From positions 930,961 to 994,960 of the forward strand of contig NW_019091358.1 of the NCBI RefSeq assembly GCF_001949145.1: DNA of 64,000 bases. The letters run 5' to 3'. The stretch comes from Acanthaster planci (Eukaryota). Within the stretch, counting starts at the first letter, position 1. Each line of letters opens with the position of its first letter. Below are positions 13,962 to 27,900 of the stretch, piece after piece. The position numbers were made by a program, and so were the translations under genes. Below the pieces are notes generated by a model. That model made no database searches and was not told the origin of the DNA. It saw nothing but the letters and a program-made list of their open reading frames with translations.

Positions 13962-14201
13962 ATCGCATCCAGCGAGGCAGCGCGATCTTCCCAGCACAAA
14001 GCCGACAAGAAAGTCACCATTATGGTTGTCGTCATGATCACGTGCTTTCTGGTAGCCTGGACGCCATACAGTGCGTTTTCTCTCTACGTAACTGCCAGCA
14101 AGGATAACACTATCTCGCCAGTCGCAGCCTCGGTGCCGGCCATGTTTGCCAAAGCCTGCACCGTGTATAATCCGATCATCTACTTTCTGTTAAATCAACA
14201 G
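13962..14201 (+). CDS. Ciliary-type opsin exon: ICL3, TM6, TM7 with retinal-binding lysine
   Basis: Acceptor ccttttcag|, donor cag|gtgcgt, both phase 0. Length 240 bp, the same as vertebrate rhodopsin exon 4. Translates IASSEAARSSQHKADKKVTIMVVVMITCFLVAWTPY...AMFAKACTVYNPIIYFLLNQQ. K296-equivalent codon aaa at 14151-14153. Confidence 0.97.
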
Positions 14202-15819
14202 GTGCGTATGCCATTCTGTGCTATTAATGGAGGAAACTTGTGTGAAGAATCGAAGATGATTTTGTTACTCAGTGATGACGTTACAGTGTCGACGTGCCAT
14301 GTAATCGTTCCCGCCTGCACAGGCGCAGTTTTTGTAAGCGTTCCACAGAAATTACGTTTCCTATTGTTCGTACAATGTAACACTCTGGCATAAATTAAGC
14401 ACAGACACTTGCCACCGAGGAGAGTACACTGACCACCGAGTACAGGAAAACTTCCTTGGTTTATCTTTTGGGTTATGTATACTCCGTGGCCGGCTCTGTG
14501 ATAAAGCATAACCAGTGTAAGTGCACGGCGGGCATTGTGCACAATCTGAGGCCCACGGGATCCAATGGAGTTCTTTATGGCTACGGCTTCTATCTCTGCT
14601 ACAGGGCGCATAATCGAACTGCTGAAGCCGTAGAGCACTTTGACCCTTTCCGAAAGAGCCTGAAATTGTCTGAAAACCCAAGGACGTCTTCTCGTGACCG
14701 CCGTGCACATGACGCGGTTCAGGACTGGTAACAACTATGATAGTGTAAACTCTGGTCTTGCGTTTCTCTGTGCATCTTGGGGTGCTTACAAAGTCAAGCC
14801 CAAACGTTGAGGTCAGGGGCGTAAGGGGTCACGTTCTCGCGACAGCCTGTTTGTTTGTTCCATTCTTTTAAAAAGTGTGGAAAATTGTAGACAATTTTGG
14901 TTAAAATCTCCACATTTGCCGATATCTACAAATTTATATGTACACCACGTATGTTTCACTCCCATTCGACGTGTGGAAATTAAACTCTAAACGCACATTG
15001 GATCGACAGATTTCGCGCATTGCGATTGGCCAACGCGTTGCACAGTCATGGGGGCGCACTTTTGAGAATCGCCCGTATTGTATGCACACAATTCAAAGCC
15101 ATCTGTAGGTCGCAGCGCTTGCATACGCGCGGTCTTGCCTTGAGGGTCACGTGCTGGAGGGAAAGAGTCAGTTAGCTTTTAAGACCATTTTTCCGCGTCT
15201 ATGAGGGACCAACCTCGACTCCTTCCACTTATGTGAAGACTGGATAACAGATGCCCATGCACCAGCTAATCATTTAAAATTGTATTTTGACCATTTCACT
15301 CGCGATCTTTCCAAGATGGCCGCCGATATTTATTTTAGCTTTCTTTGTTTTTTTTCCCAAATAAACCCTTATGGCAGTTTTTTCTCAATTTTGAATTGTA
15401 AATTCATTATAAACACCTTTTTCTTAAATTAAAAACAGAGATATTCTTAACTACGAAACGTTGTCAAAAATTGGGGGTTTTGGTGAAACAGATCACACAA
15501 GGAATTTACTTGAAGACCATTGTGATGTTATGACCGCATAGGCTACTCATAGCACATGTGCACGCATCAATTCAAAAGTGCCACGCTGGTGTAAGATGAC
15601 GACCGTATACGCACAGTGAGAGCTACACTTGTACTTCCGGGCATGAATTCAAAAGTGCTGCGCTCACAAACGGTCTTTCCAGTATGGCTTCAACTGGATT
15701 CTATATATGGCTCTCCATCCTCTATCCAGTCTTTATGTGGAGTTCAGTAGATGCTTCACTAAGCCCACTGGTCTTGTAGAATATGAAAACGACGCCGACT
15801 GGGCATTCAGAGAGAATGT

Positions 15820-17080
15820 TAACTAGAGGGTTTGTCCATCTTCAGGACAGAGCAAAGGGTTTTTTCGCAGTTTTGTTTATTCTTAAGAAAAGGACATTCC
15901 TTTATTTGAGATACTACCACATTTGGATTTCTCACTTCTTACTCAAACATCTATCCTACAGCTACAAATAATTCCCAAAGTTTCAAATGATATTTTTGGT
16001 GACCTCATTATGACGAAATATTCAAACCCTTTCGAACATTAGAAGATATAACAAATTAAAATGTCCACCCTTTACATCATGCCACCTTGTCTATAATACT
16101 TCCCATTCTAGTTATCTACCAAATTTCAACCATATCAGACATGTAGTTTAATATATAGGGCTCTAAAGAATCTAAAGACCCTTACTACATGGGGACTAAC
16201 AGTGCATAGTCAGTCAGATCGAGAAGATTGCCAGGAACTGGCTGTTGAAATAATGTTCAAAAACTATGGGGGAAATAAAATATTCAATAATCAATAAAAT
16301 CAGAAGGTGATGTCACCATGACGTCATAAAATTGGCTTATTTTTGTATCAGGATGTTTGTGTGCTGTAGCTTAAATGACAATTAAAGATCGCCAAATAAC
16401 TGAAATGGTGCCTTGAAAACATGCACAAAGTCAACGGGCTAAATACACCTATGAAGAAAAACTGCTCCTTTAAACTCATTTCACGTGATTTGCGTTTAAA
16501 CTGAAAAAAATTTCTGAAATATTACTTGATATTTTGACTCCAGGGTATATTTGTAATCGAATGGAAGGGAAAATTAGTCTGACTCTCTTTTGTTCTGGTA
16601 GTAATTCTTGATCGAAGCCGAGGACTGCTCACTCATTAAGCTCGATAAAAGTGTGGTAGAAAATGTGCACAAAGCCTATGGAGGAAAACTGCAGCTTTAA
16701 TCTCATGTCACGTGATCCCTAATGATGTCATTATGACCATTGTGTCCTAGGGCCCTCTCTACATAATGGACTACAAGTGTACACAATTATGAAATCAATT
16801 AGATTGACCCAATTAGATTAGAGTCCCGAAGTCTGGCTTTTGCCAAACGTGTACAAAACCTAAGGGGAAAGTTAAATATTCAAAAATAAATTAAAAAAAT
16901 TAACAAAAACAAAAATTAATTCAAATTGAGGTCGTCATGATGAAGTCGTCAATTTGAATTGATTTTTGTACCAGGGTCTTTGCTGGCTGTAACTTTGATG
17001 ACAATTGAAGAACGCCATATTACCAAAATAGTGCCACGAAAACGTGTACAAAGTCAATGGGCTGAGATAAATATTTAAAC
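15820..17080 (+). repeat. Composite TGACGTCA/CACGTG-rich interspersed repeat, first block
   Basis: Head aactagag...gacagagcaaaggg...cgca, shared with the copy near 37085. Recurring aaacgtgtacaaa(acct/gtca)atgg units. 16655-17075 is homologous to 28457-28820. Confidence 0.75.
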
Positions 17081-17516
17081 TTTTCCAGATAGTACCCCAC
17101 TTGAGTGCACCTTAAACTTGATGTTGCTGTTGATCTTCATTTTGTTCCTGTTAATATGGGGCCTGGGCCAGCGGAAGAGGGGCCAGTGGGTGCTTGAACG
17201 AGAGCTTGCGCCAGATCCAAACTTAGTGGTTTTAGCTGTAGCTGTTGAAGCAGTTGAGGTTGTGCCATGGTCTGCCTAGTCGCCGACGTCCGGCAGGGTT
17301 ACTTGGAGCAGCGAAGCGCATATCAGTCTGTCTTTGGTCGCGAAATCTGTAAGATACAATGGCATACGTACGCGTGACTTTATATCATAAATCATACGTT
17401 GTCCCAATATTAAGCGGATGTTACAGGTTTTAAGCGAAAGATTTGTCTACTGTTATTTTTTTCTGTCAAGGTCTATAAAGGACTAACCTTTGAATATCTC
17501 TCACAATTAGGCCTAC

Positions 17517-17705
17517 CTCTCGGACACGTTTTTTCAACTGCGTGTTGTTTCTCTGGAGGTAATATCTTGCAAGATTACTGTTTGGATCCATATTTTGTAT
17601 GACATGGTCAACTACACGCTCCCAATGGTTTCCGTGCATCTCATAACCTTGTAAACTCAGGCGCCGTTCGACCCCATTGATGTTAAGTCTAGCATTGGCT
17701 GTCAA
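17517..17705 (-). pseudogene. Possible Myb/SANT-like DNA-binding domain relic (transposon accessory gene?)
   Basis: ERRLSLQGYEMHGNHWERVV...RNNTQLKKRVRE resembles the Myb helix pattern. Ends at donor gag|gtaggc, with a candidate acceptor ttacag| at 17347. No in-frame ATG. Confidence 0.3.
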
Positions 17706-17804
17706 TTTGGAAACGTTTGCAGCAGCATTCGAAAATCAAAAACGACATTTAAAAGGTTAAGGCTGTTGCCATTTATAATAGAAACACAGCTGCCTTATAT
17801 ACAA

Positions 17805-17893
17805 ATCCCCTAAAGGACACAAAGTTAAGTAAGTATTCCCCAAGGACGCAAAGTTACGTAAGTATCCCCCAAAGATGCAAAGATACATACATT
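17805..17893. repeat. 29-bp tandem repeat, three copies
   Basis: Unit approximately atccccaaggacgcaaagttacgtaagt. aaag anchors at 17821, 17850 and 17879. Confidence 0.8.
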
Positions 17894-20800
17894 ACTTTTG
17901 TCAGGACTCAGTCATCGTCTTTTCAAAAGACGTAAGTTTAGGTCTGTGGGACCTCAGTTGCCTAGTTTAGAAATGTCAACAAAAACCACATCATAATCGC
18001 TCGTTACTTTTATCTGAACTTATTCCTACGTCTTTTCAAATTCACTAAAGTGCTTGGGAATAGATATGCTACCTTTGCCACATTATTAGCATGCAAATTT
18101 TTATAGCCTATACATGTAAACGGCCACCTTAAAAGTCTGTAATGCCCCTTCATAATAATTGTTGAAAAAGGATACCTCACTACACCCTCAGAATCGTGAG
18201 TTTGCCATACATTACTCGGGCACTCTCGATAAAGTGACATTTTGTTAATTGTACACAAACCATCGCTACTGATGGTTCGTGCACAAACCGGATTGAGCCA
18301 ATAAGAAAATGGTGCCGACCAATAAGAGAGCACATAATCCCCGGGCGGGCTCACCCGCCACCTTCGAAAATGACCACGCTCAGCGAGCTCGGTTACACAA
18401 TGTTACATAATCAGTCACTTCACTCTACTTTCCATGTAATACAAAAAGATAGCAATGGTACATATTTAGTTGATGGTTGAAGACCCCTAAGAAGCATTGC
18501 TTGTCGAGTGGAGGACCCATAGACACTTATGACAACACTACACGAACTAGATAATATATTACATTACGAAACAGCCTGCTCATAGCGCTTGCAAAACCTT
18601 ACAGTCAGCCGAGCACCTGCTCTTTATATGTAACGTTACGTAAGCCCCATCTTGAAGGCCGGTGTAACGGTCTCATATATTCACCGTTGTCGGTTTTCCG
18701 GAAGAACGCGTCGGATGAATGGGCACGTTGCCGAAACGTGCTCATTTATCCGGCGTGCTGATTTTTCCGGTTATCGTGCGCTGTGGTCCCGCATTTAGAG
18801 GGCGCGGTGGCTTCACGCATACGAAGAAATAATTATGCAGATAAGGCTGGGAGATTGGGGAATTACTCTTTTGACTTTGCCGCTTTCGCACGAGCCTCGG
18901 AGCGGTGCATCGTTATACATGCATGGCGAACCATAAGTGCGGACTTAGCAGAAGCACCCACGGTCAACTTACGGTACATGCACATACGCAATCTCGTTCT
19001 CATTGGAACGATATTGCAGCACCATACGCTGCTTCCCAACATGCCTTGAGCGATCTTAATTCAAACGCACACGCGGCCAATGTGGTCGAGGTTGTTTGGA
19101 ACTCAGCACACCCATAAAATTGAACAAAACGGGATTTACTGCGCACACGTTCAGGTGGCTCGGCAGTGCTCGGTTAATGCCCGGAAGTCCGAGCAGGCTA
19201 AATGAGACTGTTAAACCGGCATGGCAGGGACCGAAGCTGATCGTGCAACTCTCTGATTGGCTACGTCCTATCAGTGCACAAAACCATGGGCGCCGTTTCC
19301 TTGTTGGCTCAGCTCGGTTTGTGCACGAACCATCGATACCGATGGTTTGTGTATGTAACGGGGGAAAATGGCACACTTCAAATAAGAATAAAAATAAAGA
19401 AGAAACTTGAAGAAAATAAAACACTTGGGGAACTTGCTAAAAATACTTTCAAAAGGATCGGAAGGGGACGAGTCGCAAGAAGTCAAAAAGAATAGGGATG
19501 CAGAAGCAGAAACTTGATTCTAACAACAACAAAATCTTTTATTTCTTCTAAAAATATCCAAAAAAGGAAAGTAACTGGGGAACTAAAAAAAGCCTGGACA
19601 GGACTATCAAAAATCAGATTTAAAAATATTCATCCAAAGACTTGAAAATCTAGCCAAATGAATTGCAGAAGCAAAACTTAAAATGTTGGAGAAATATGAC
19701 CAAGCTAGACCAAAATTAATTTTAGAAATTAGACCAATCCTAGACCAAAATAAACACGCCACAAAATCAAGGTAAGGCTTAACCAATCTAAAACAAGACC
19801 AACCAAATTAAAAGAAAAAATGAAGAACCAATAAAACCAACACAGCGCCAAAGAAAAGTCAACTCAAGCGTTAACTGCCTGTTAGTCAAAATAAAAGTAA
19901 TTAAAAAATATCAATACAAGTTGAGGACAAAGAAATAATCCAATGCACAAAGTATTACACTGCACATCCACAGTTGCTCAATCTGCATCATAAACTTTCT
20001 AGCTTTAGTAACAAACATGTGCAGTAAGGCTGAGACCAGCCAAAACTCGTGAATATCAATGAGGTAATAAACAAAAGGTCTGTGCCACTTCCAAGAAGGC
20101 AGGCCACACTAATCCTTAATCCCCACCTTAATCCTAAGCCTCCTGCTGAAACATATGCACAAGCATATAAGAGTCCATGAATAAAGAAAACTGACTTGCA
20201 CGGGATGCATGTACTGGCCACATGGTTGTACAAAATATATACAAGTACAAGCACAAAAAAATTAATAATGGAATATACGCACTCGAGTTCGAGAATACAT
20301 AATGGAGAAAAGTAAGGCGAATCTATCCGTGTTCTGTCATATGTAATAATTTAATCAGCAGAAATATACTTCAACTCAAATGATTCTGCTTCAATCCTCA
20401 TCCTCATAACAAACTTTAACTTAAAACGTTCATAAGCACGGACTTAAGAATCAAATCCAAAAAATTCGTTATTAAAAAAAAGAAATACATATACTCCAAC
20501 GTCGATCATCCTAGTGAAGAACTTCCAAAGAAAAACTTGTGCGAATACAAACAACGCTATCTTCATATTTAAACAGGCTAAACAACCAGAACAAAAAATA
20601 TCCGAGTAGCCCAAAAGTTTTCAGCAATGATCAAAACACCTTGTAAAAGTTACAGTCATCTGGCTAGAATTTGGTTCGAATGTTCCAAATCTTACAAAAG
20701 AACACTTGGCCAATAATGTGAGTAAAGATGGAACAATATCTCAAACAATGAAAGTGACATCTATTATCAAAAGCAGTCAGCTGACAAAAATACAAAAAAA

Positions 20801-21925
20801 CTTTCTCTTTAACAATACAGAAATAAAAATAAACTCACCAAGTCCACCGCAGGTCTGAGCTTTGAAGGCTGAACTTGACTTGTATGAAATCGGTGTGTTT
20901 CTTCACCGACTGCCAACCTGCTTACTGAGACTGGGGCTCAAAGCATGCCCACAGTGCCTGTCTAGTTGCATCATCAAGTAAACAATTATGAGGGGCACAA
21001 TGCAACTTTAGGATGGGTAGACTAGGGGGTGCTACTCCTATTCAGTGCGTGGACTTTTGCATTGAGTACAAAGAAAAAAACTAAGTTTAATCTGCCCCTG
21101 CTACATGTACAGTCAATAAAAATGCACCTTTTATTGAGGCTGGTGTCCGAGTAATGATACGGCTCTGAATAAGCAAACTTTTCGGCGTGCACAGAGCTCA
21201 TTTGAATTTCAAATTCCTGCCGTAGAGGAATTTCTGTAATACACCTCTAGGCTTATTTGACAGCAAACTGTTCATGTACCCGATGCTTTATGTTACGGGT
21301 GAGGAACCCTCATAGCCGGTACATAAAACTAGCTGTCTCCCAGGAATTAGCGTCTCTGGAAATCAGATGTCCATTTCAGATTGTGATCACGGGATGGATC
21401 CGGAAGTCGCTTTGAAGCTTTTTTCGGACAGATCATATTTTTTTTCTATTACTGTATTTTCCACAATATGAATATGTCACCTTTTATTGACCTCTTCCTT
21501 AGTGACTTTACCAGCACCAATTTCGCGGTATATATCTGTGTTTGTTCCCTCACTTCAAAGGACCGAGATTATACAGCCAAGGGACCTGTTTCAGGACACT
21601 CTTCGTGATCCGAAAAGACTCTACAGATATTAACCGGGAAACTCCTTAATCATTCATGACTATCCTGCATAAACTGCAACCCTTTCTTGAAGCTACTGGT
21701 GCCGGAAGAGGACATCGGCATATTTGCAGAAACAGGAAAATGATGTTTTTCATTTGGCTAAGACATTACCTTACATATGACATTATACCCTCGTTCAACA
21801 TTGGGGCAGCAATTTGCATTTCAGTGTATACCCTGATTCTCAGAGAATATAGACAGGGTGTAATTTCCTATTTGGTCGATTTTAAGGCTCAATATGTAGT
21901 TTGAACGTTACAGTGTTTGATTAAG

Positions 21926-24900
21926 ACATTTCAGGGGTGCTGAATTAATTGGTGAATAGTGGCGAGCGATCAGATGACCCCAAGAGTCCCAGTTGGTTCA
22001 AAGTTCAAGGGTTACTAAAATTGTCCGGAATGACATTAATTGAAGTTTAATAACGGGGGTTGTTTTGCACCATTTGTTTAACTTTTGTATGTGTCAACCA
22101 TTTCTGCAAATGCGTTACAAAAATAGCCTCTGTAGACAGCCTCTTGGTAGCGCAAAGAGTTGTGAATTTCTCTTATTACGGGTGCATTCCACCAAATCGT
22201 ATTTCTGCGCGCGAGCTCATTAATATTTTATGATCCCACTGGATTCTTACAATAAGACATGCTATAACCAGGAGGGATCATCGAAAAATTTCTATAAATC
22301 CCGAATTTGGGACGGATAATTTCCATTTCGGGATCTTTCTTTCACAAAAACCCCAAATTGCAGGCCTATATTTTGGAAATGTTCCACGGTATGAAAGTTG
22401 TAGCAAATCTTGTGACAACGCTCTATATACAGTATGCAACTTTAGATCGGATTCCCGGAAACGTTTCAGGTAATATATGTAGGTATCAATATTCAATAGA
22501 TAGGCCTAAGCATATTGTAAGTTTGGGTTCATATACATTTAATTCACAGCTTTCCTATTACAGACGACACATTACATGTGCTAAAAGCAGTTTGAGGTGT
22601 ACAACAGTTGAATAGTTGTTTTGAGGTTGGGTCAACTTTCGACAAAGGTTATCACTCCTAGCTGTCTACTGGTACATGTCATTTTCAACTGAAACTTTGT
22701 GTAGTTTGTGTTTCATAAAAAGGCTCAACGAAAATAATAACGAGATGATTTGGTACACTATAATACTTGGATGCACATGCACGCTTTCATTTCTTGTTTT
22801 ACAATTTTACAATTTTTACAGGTGAGAAAGATAACATGGCTGAGTCGAAATTGGGTATTAAAACGGGTAGCGCCAATTGACCGGAGCCTTTGTTTTGTAT
22901 ACCAGAAGACTATCCCTGTTAGCTGAGGTCACAAGCTTGTGGGAGTTACGCCATGTACGCTTGAGCAGGTCAAGATTATATTGGAAGAATTGGCTAATAA
23001 GATAAGTTGTCCAAGAGAGGTAGCTCAGGGGCTGCTCGATCTTGATGATGCATTTGTATCGGCTGCAATACCAAAGCTGATGTGGCACTATGGAAAGTGT
23101 TGGCTAAATTTCATGAGTCGTCGGAATGTTCATCGTTATGAAAACAGAGTGGAAGTTGGGAGCTACCAATGTGATACTTAGCTTTGAAAGTTTGAAATTT
23201 TGATCCAGACCAGTTTTTTTTTATTTGAGTCATTCCAGTCCTCGATTAAAGATGGTTGTACTGTACAAGTTTTACAGTGAGGTAAATTTATTGTGTTTCA
23301 GATGGTTGCGACGAAGTTGGCATTACAGTACCAACCACTAGTACTGCCACACAAGATTCAGTTTTTCTGCGGAGCAAAGCTCAACCTTTTAAATTAACAA
23401 GGACATCCACTACGTCCTTTGCTGTTCTGGAGCTGACCCAGGGGAACTTAGAAGATGTGAAACTTACAATATCCATTCAAAATTTGAGAAACTGCCTGAG
23501 GCTGATTTTAGGCTCCTAGCACGTCTACAGCACACATTTGATGCGATGGCCAGTGACCTTCTCTTCCGTACCAAGTGTGTAGTTGAACGTGAGCGCAAGG
23601 GAGCATTGAGTGGCAATGAGTGCCAGACAAAGCTGAACATATTGAGGTAATCTTCAGCCGTCAGCAGTATGAAATCAGAGCTCTGACTGCTACTCTCGTT
23701 TCACACAGTTTTGCAAGAAGACATTAAGCGTCATCCCGCAGTATTTTACCACAAGGCCAGCTTTCTTCCAAGAGAAACTGAAGAGTCTGCTTCCAGATGT
23801 CGAGATCATCAAAAGAAGAGATTGTGGTCTAGAAGATTATACATGATTATCCGGCGCACTATTCTCCCGATGAGTGAAAAGGTCGAACAACCGCTAGCAG
23901 AAGCACATGAGAATTGTCTCAAGTTTCCAGCATTCAACGACGTGCAGCACATGAAGATTGTGAATATGGCGTTGTTTCTACGGGGTGAAATTTTCAACCA
24001 ACTATCCAACATGAAAACTGCATATACTGAGGAAAATGCCTTTAGTTCAGTCCCACAGTCACTCTACATATTTGTGGCAATGATGCTTGGTGGCGGTAGT
24101 GCCCTTGAGGTAGAAGAGGCGGGACCTATAGTAGTTGAATATGAAAAGGCGAGTAAGATCAGGCGAAGATCCTCGACCTCTGTCAGGACACACTATACCA
24201 AATGTCTGGGGTGGAAATATACCACCAAAACACCATAGTATAGGGCTCACTGTTCACCAGATGTCTGGACGAAGCAAAAAAACTGGTGCAACCCCTCAGT
24301 TACAGTGGCCATAAATACACTAATTAAGACAAGATTTTTGTGCAACAGATACCGCTATAGCAGAAGAGATGTTGAACACGATTAACAATGACACAAGAGC
24401 TGTCGTTCCAAACAATTTGGTCCACGGCCGCTCTGTCACTTTTGAAGATGACAACTTTGATGAAGACAAGGAGTCAAGCAAGTTTGGTCATACTGGCTTT
24501 CACGGCACACAGCTTGCAGCTTACCAACGAGGGCCTAAACTAGAAGTCACTGATCCTGAGATTACTTGCTCTGTTTGCGCAACCTTGAAGTGCCAAACAA
24601 AGTCCATGAAGTCAGGGTTCTCAGTGTAATCATAAAAGAGCAACCCTACACAATCACGAATGAGCTCCTGAAGAGGATATGCAGTTGGTTATGATGACAA
24701 ACCCAGAGGCTGCAGATACGGCATTTATTTTGAGAAGACAGGTTACTGATATAAGTCAGACAGGCTTTCAAACTGGACAAAGTTTAACATGTCCCTCTCC
24801 ATGCGACATGGTGCAGCAACATCCGTGGGACAAATGCCTCTTCTCAATGCCAAAGCAAATGGGTATGACACCATTAATACCTGCAAGGGCAGGTGGAGAT

Positions 24901-27900
24901 CCCATTACGTGGTTTGTGACCAAACAAGCAATCAATGCCCCAGCAATGGAGGCTAAATGGTCAAAGGGGGCAGCTTGGGACGATGTACACTTCCGCATGG
25001 GTGGTCTTTATACTGCCAATGCTTTCATGGCAACCATTGATGACCATATTGAGGACTCAGATCTGCCACAAATCTGGGTTGAGGTCGGTATTATCTCCTC
25101 TGGTAAGGCAGACAAGATCCTACAAGGACGAGACTACAAGGCAGGCATGCGCCTTCACAAGATGACATGGCAGGCCATGTGGCTAATACTCGTCCCTCAA
25201 TACCTCAGCTTCCTCAAAAACTCCAGCCCAAACCTGTTTTAGTGATCTTGTGCTGCTCGGTAAGGCTGACGCTCCTCAGCCTCTGCTCTCTCGTCTGAAC
25301 ACAACAGAGACTTAGGGATGCTCTTAATCAGTTTCTGCAGCAAAAACTGCAGGACAAGAACTTCAACTTCCTCCACTCCTACATGCAAATGACCCAGCTT
25401 CTGCTCACCTTTACCCATGCGCAGCGAGATGACCGGTGGAACCTTTATCTTTTTTCCTTGACCCAAATGCTTGACTACTTCATGCGGTAAGTATCAGTTT
25501 CTAATATAAAAACAAATAAAAACCAGTACTACAATGCTTAAATTGAATACTAAGTTAAGAAGTATGACTTTAATTAATGCTGCAAAGCCAATTTTGTCAG
25601 GCAGGTATGACCATCGGAGGTATGCAAAATGGGGAATTATCTTCACGGTAGAGATGAGCCGTCTTCCTGAGGAAGCCCTCGAGCGCTTCCGGAGTGGTGG
25701 TAGCTTTGATGTTCAGTGGTGCGACGACAGCAAGTTCTCCTATGTGTGTGTCAACCATGCCACTGAATGGGTAAACGGCATTGGCAAATCTGCAGGTGGC
25801 CTTTCAAATATCATGCAGACAGACTCTGCCACACTCAGGTATGAGCAACGAAAGCTCAATTTGATTAATCTTATAAAATACTACATGGCTGCCCACGTTC
25901 TTCTGTACTATGGCTAGGGCAAAAGTCCATAGCCCAGGACCATAGTTCGCTCCTAAGTGCAATTGGAAGCTAAGTATGAAGATAGTCTTTTCCATGCATT
26001 TACAAGCTTTTTAATGGCCAGCACCCAGACCACCTCATTAGCAAGGACGTGGCACCTTTGCATATTGAGGAGTCGTTGCTCAATGCTTCTTCTTGGCCAC
26101 TCCATGCGCAAGACCTTTTTGCTGCAACGTCTAGTGAAGGCTGAGAACAGTGACAAACCAGCCCTGAAATTCTCATCAACGACGACCAAAGGTAATCCAC
26201 TAACATTCAAGAACATATTTGACGTGGAGAAGGTTTCAGGTGGTAACCAGCAAATTGTAACTGCCAGCAGAAAGGCCATGCAGTGTCTACCAAGCTGGTC
26301 GTCCAGTCAACATCAAAGATGTTGCTCAGCATAAGCTCATCGCTGTTCCCGTGTCCTAATTCACCACTGACAAGAAGATGCAAAAGGGGGACAAATCACA
26401 GCTTCTGGATTTGGTTCTTGAGACCACAAAGATCAAGTGCCAGCCCGAGATTCCAGTAGTCCCAGCTGAAAAATCACAGCATGCAGAAGATGTCCTGAGC
26501 AACCTGTACCAGACTTCATGTGAGGGAGAAGTCATGGGGGACTTCGTAGCTTTCTTCTGCCACTCCATTTTCTCCTTTGCCAAGCAGTCAAATTGGTGTA
26601 ATCTTTGACAGATTTGACTTTAGGAGAGATGAGTATGAAAGGTCAGACAAGAAAGGCAAGAGCAGGAAAGAGCTAAGAAGCCCATAAAGAGTAAGATTTT
26701 AAAAAGGCAACGGCAAAAGTCATTAAACCTGACACTTCATTGCCCTAAGGACAAGAATAGTAGTTGTTCCTCACTCAAAACAAGAATAAAATTGGGCTGC
26801 AAAAACTGCAAGGAAAACAGCTAATCGAAAGGGCACCCGTGCTGCGTTTGAAAATCTCACAGACGTGATGTGTTCTGGCAGCCTGCAATACACGGAAAAG
26901 CTGGAGTTGGATCATGAGGTGGCGGACACTCGCCTCCTGCTTCATGTCCTGCATTCCTATGCATCTCGTGTAGTAGTGGTTGCTCGAGACACTGATATTT
27001 TCATCATCCTGCTCACGCATCACGAGCTCTTTAGAGACAAGGAGGTGTTCTTTTCCAGTGACTCCAAGCAAGGACAAGAAATTCATCAGCATCAATGCAG
27101 TAGCACGGCAGCTACTGGAGAATGAAATCAATCCAAGACACTAGCACTCTTCCACAGTCTAGCAGGCTGCGACACTACGAGCTTCTGTTATGAGATAGGG
27201 AAGCATACAACATGGAAATTATTCCTTAAGTGAAAGGGAGGTGAATGGGTTCTGCTACGAATGAATAGTTTTCTTATATTGCAATTGAAACACAGTTTAT
27301 CTGAAAAATTAATTTAAAAATATGATTCATTTTATCATTGGGATCTGCTGGATGATGTGAACGTCAGGACTCCATGTGATCAGGATTTTCAGAGGACCCA
27401 AGCCTTCATGACCTGCTGCTGGGAGGAGAAGGCTCAAACACTGAATGAGGTTATGGAGAAGATGACCTTAACCGTTCAAAAGCCAGAGAAGAGCCCACCG
27501 ACGTCTGATGCTGGGAAGCTGCATATCAGGTTGATGCTTCATTCAAGCAGACAAGTGGCTTGCTGCCTCACTTGCCATACACAAGGGCATCCTTCAAGAT
27601 CCTGCGTCCACTGATTTCTACTCAGTCATTAATGGCAAGCTTGTTCCCGTCATAATGACCCTCGATCCAGTCCCCAAAGCCATCACTGAGATCATTTCAT
27701 GCAACTGTAGGGGCGAATGCAGCACTAGATGTTTTTGCTTTAATGAATGCTTTTACTGCCTTGCACTGTTCCTGCCATAAGTCCCAAGTTCGTAATAATG
27801 TGAAATGACTCATACAGTATTACTCGTATTTACTTCAGCTTTACTTTCGGTATCTGAAACGGCGGAACCTCTCTTATTCTACGTGACTGCAGCACTTTTT

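Noticed and set aside
14202..14393. ORF continuing past NQQ as an alternative opsin C-terminus
   Set aside because: A good donor and a matching downstream exon exist. The read-through has no helix-8 features and no transcript evidence is available.
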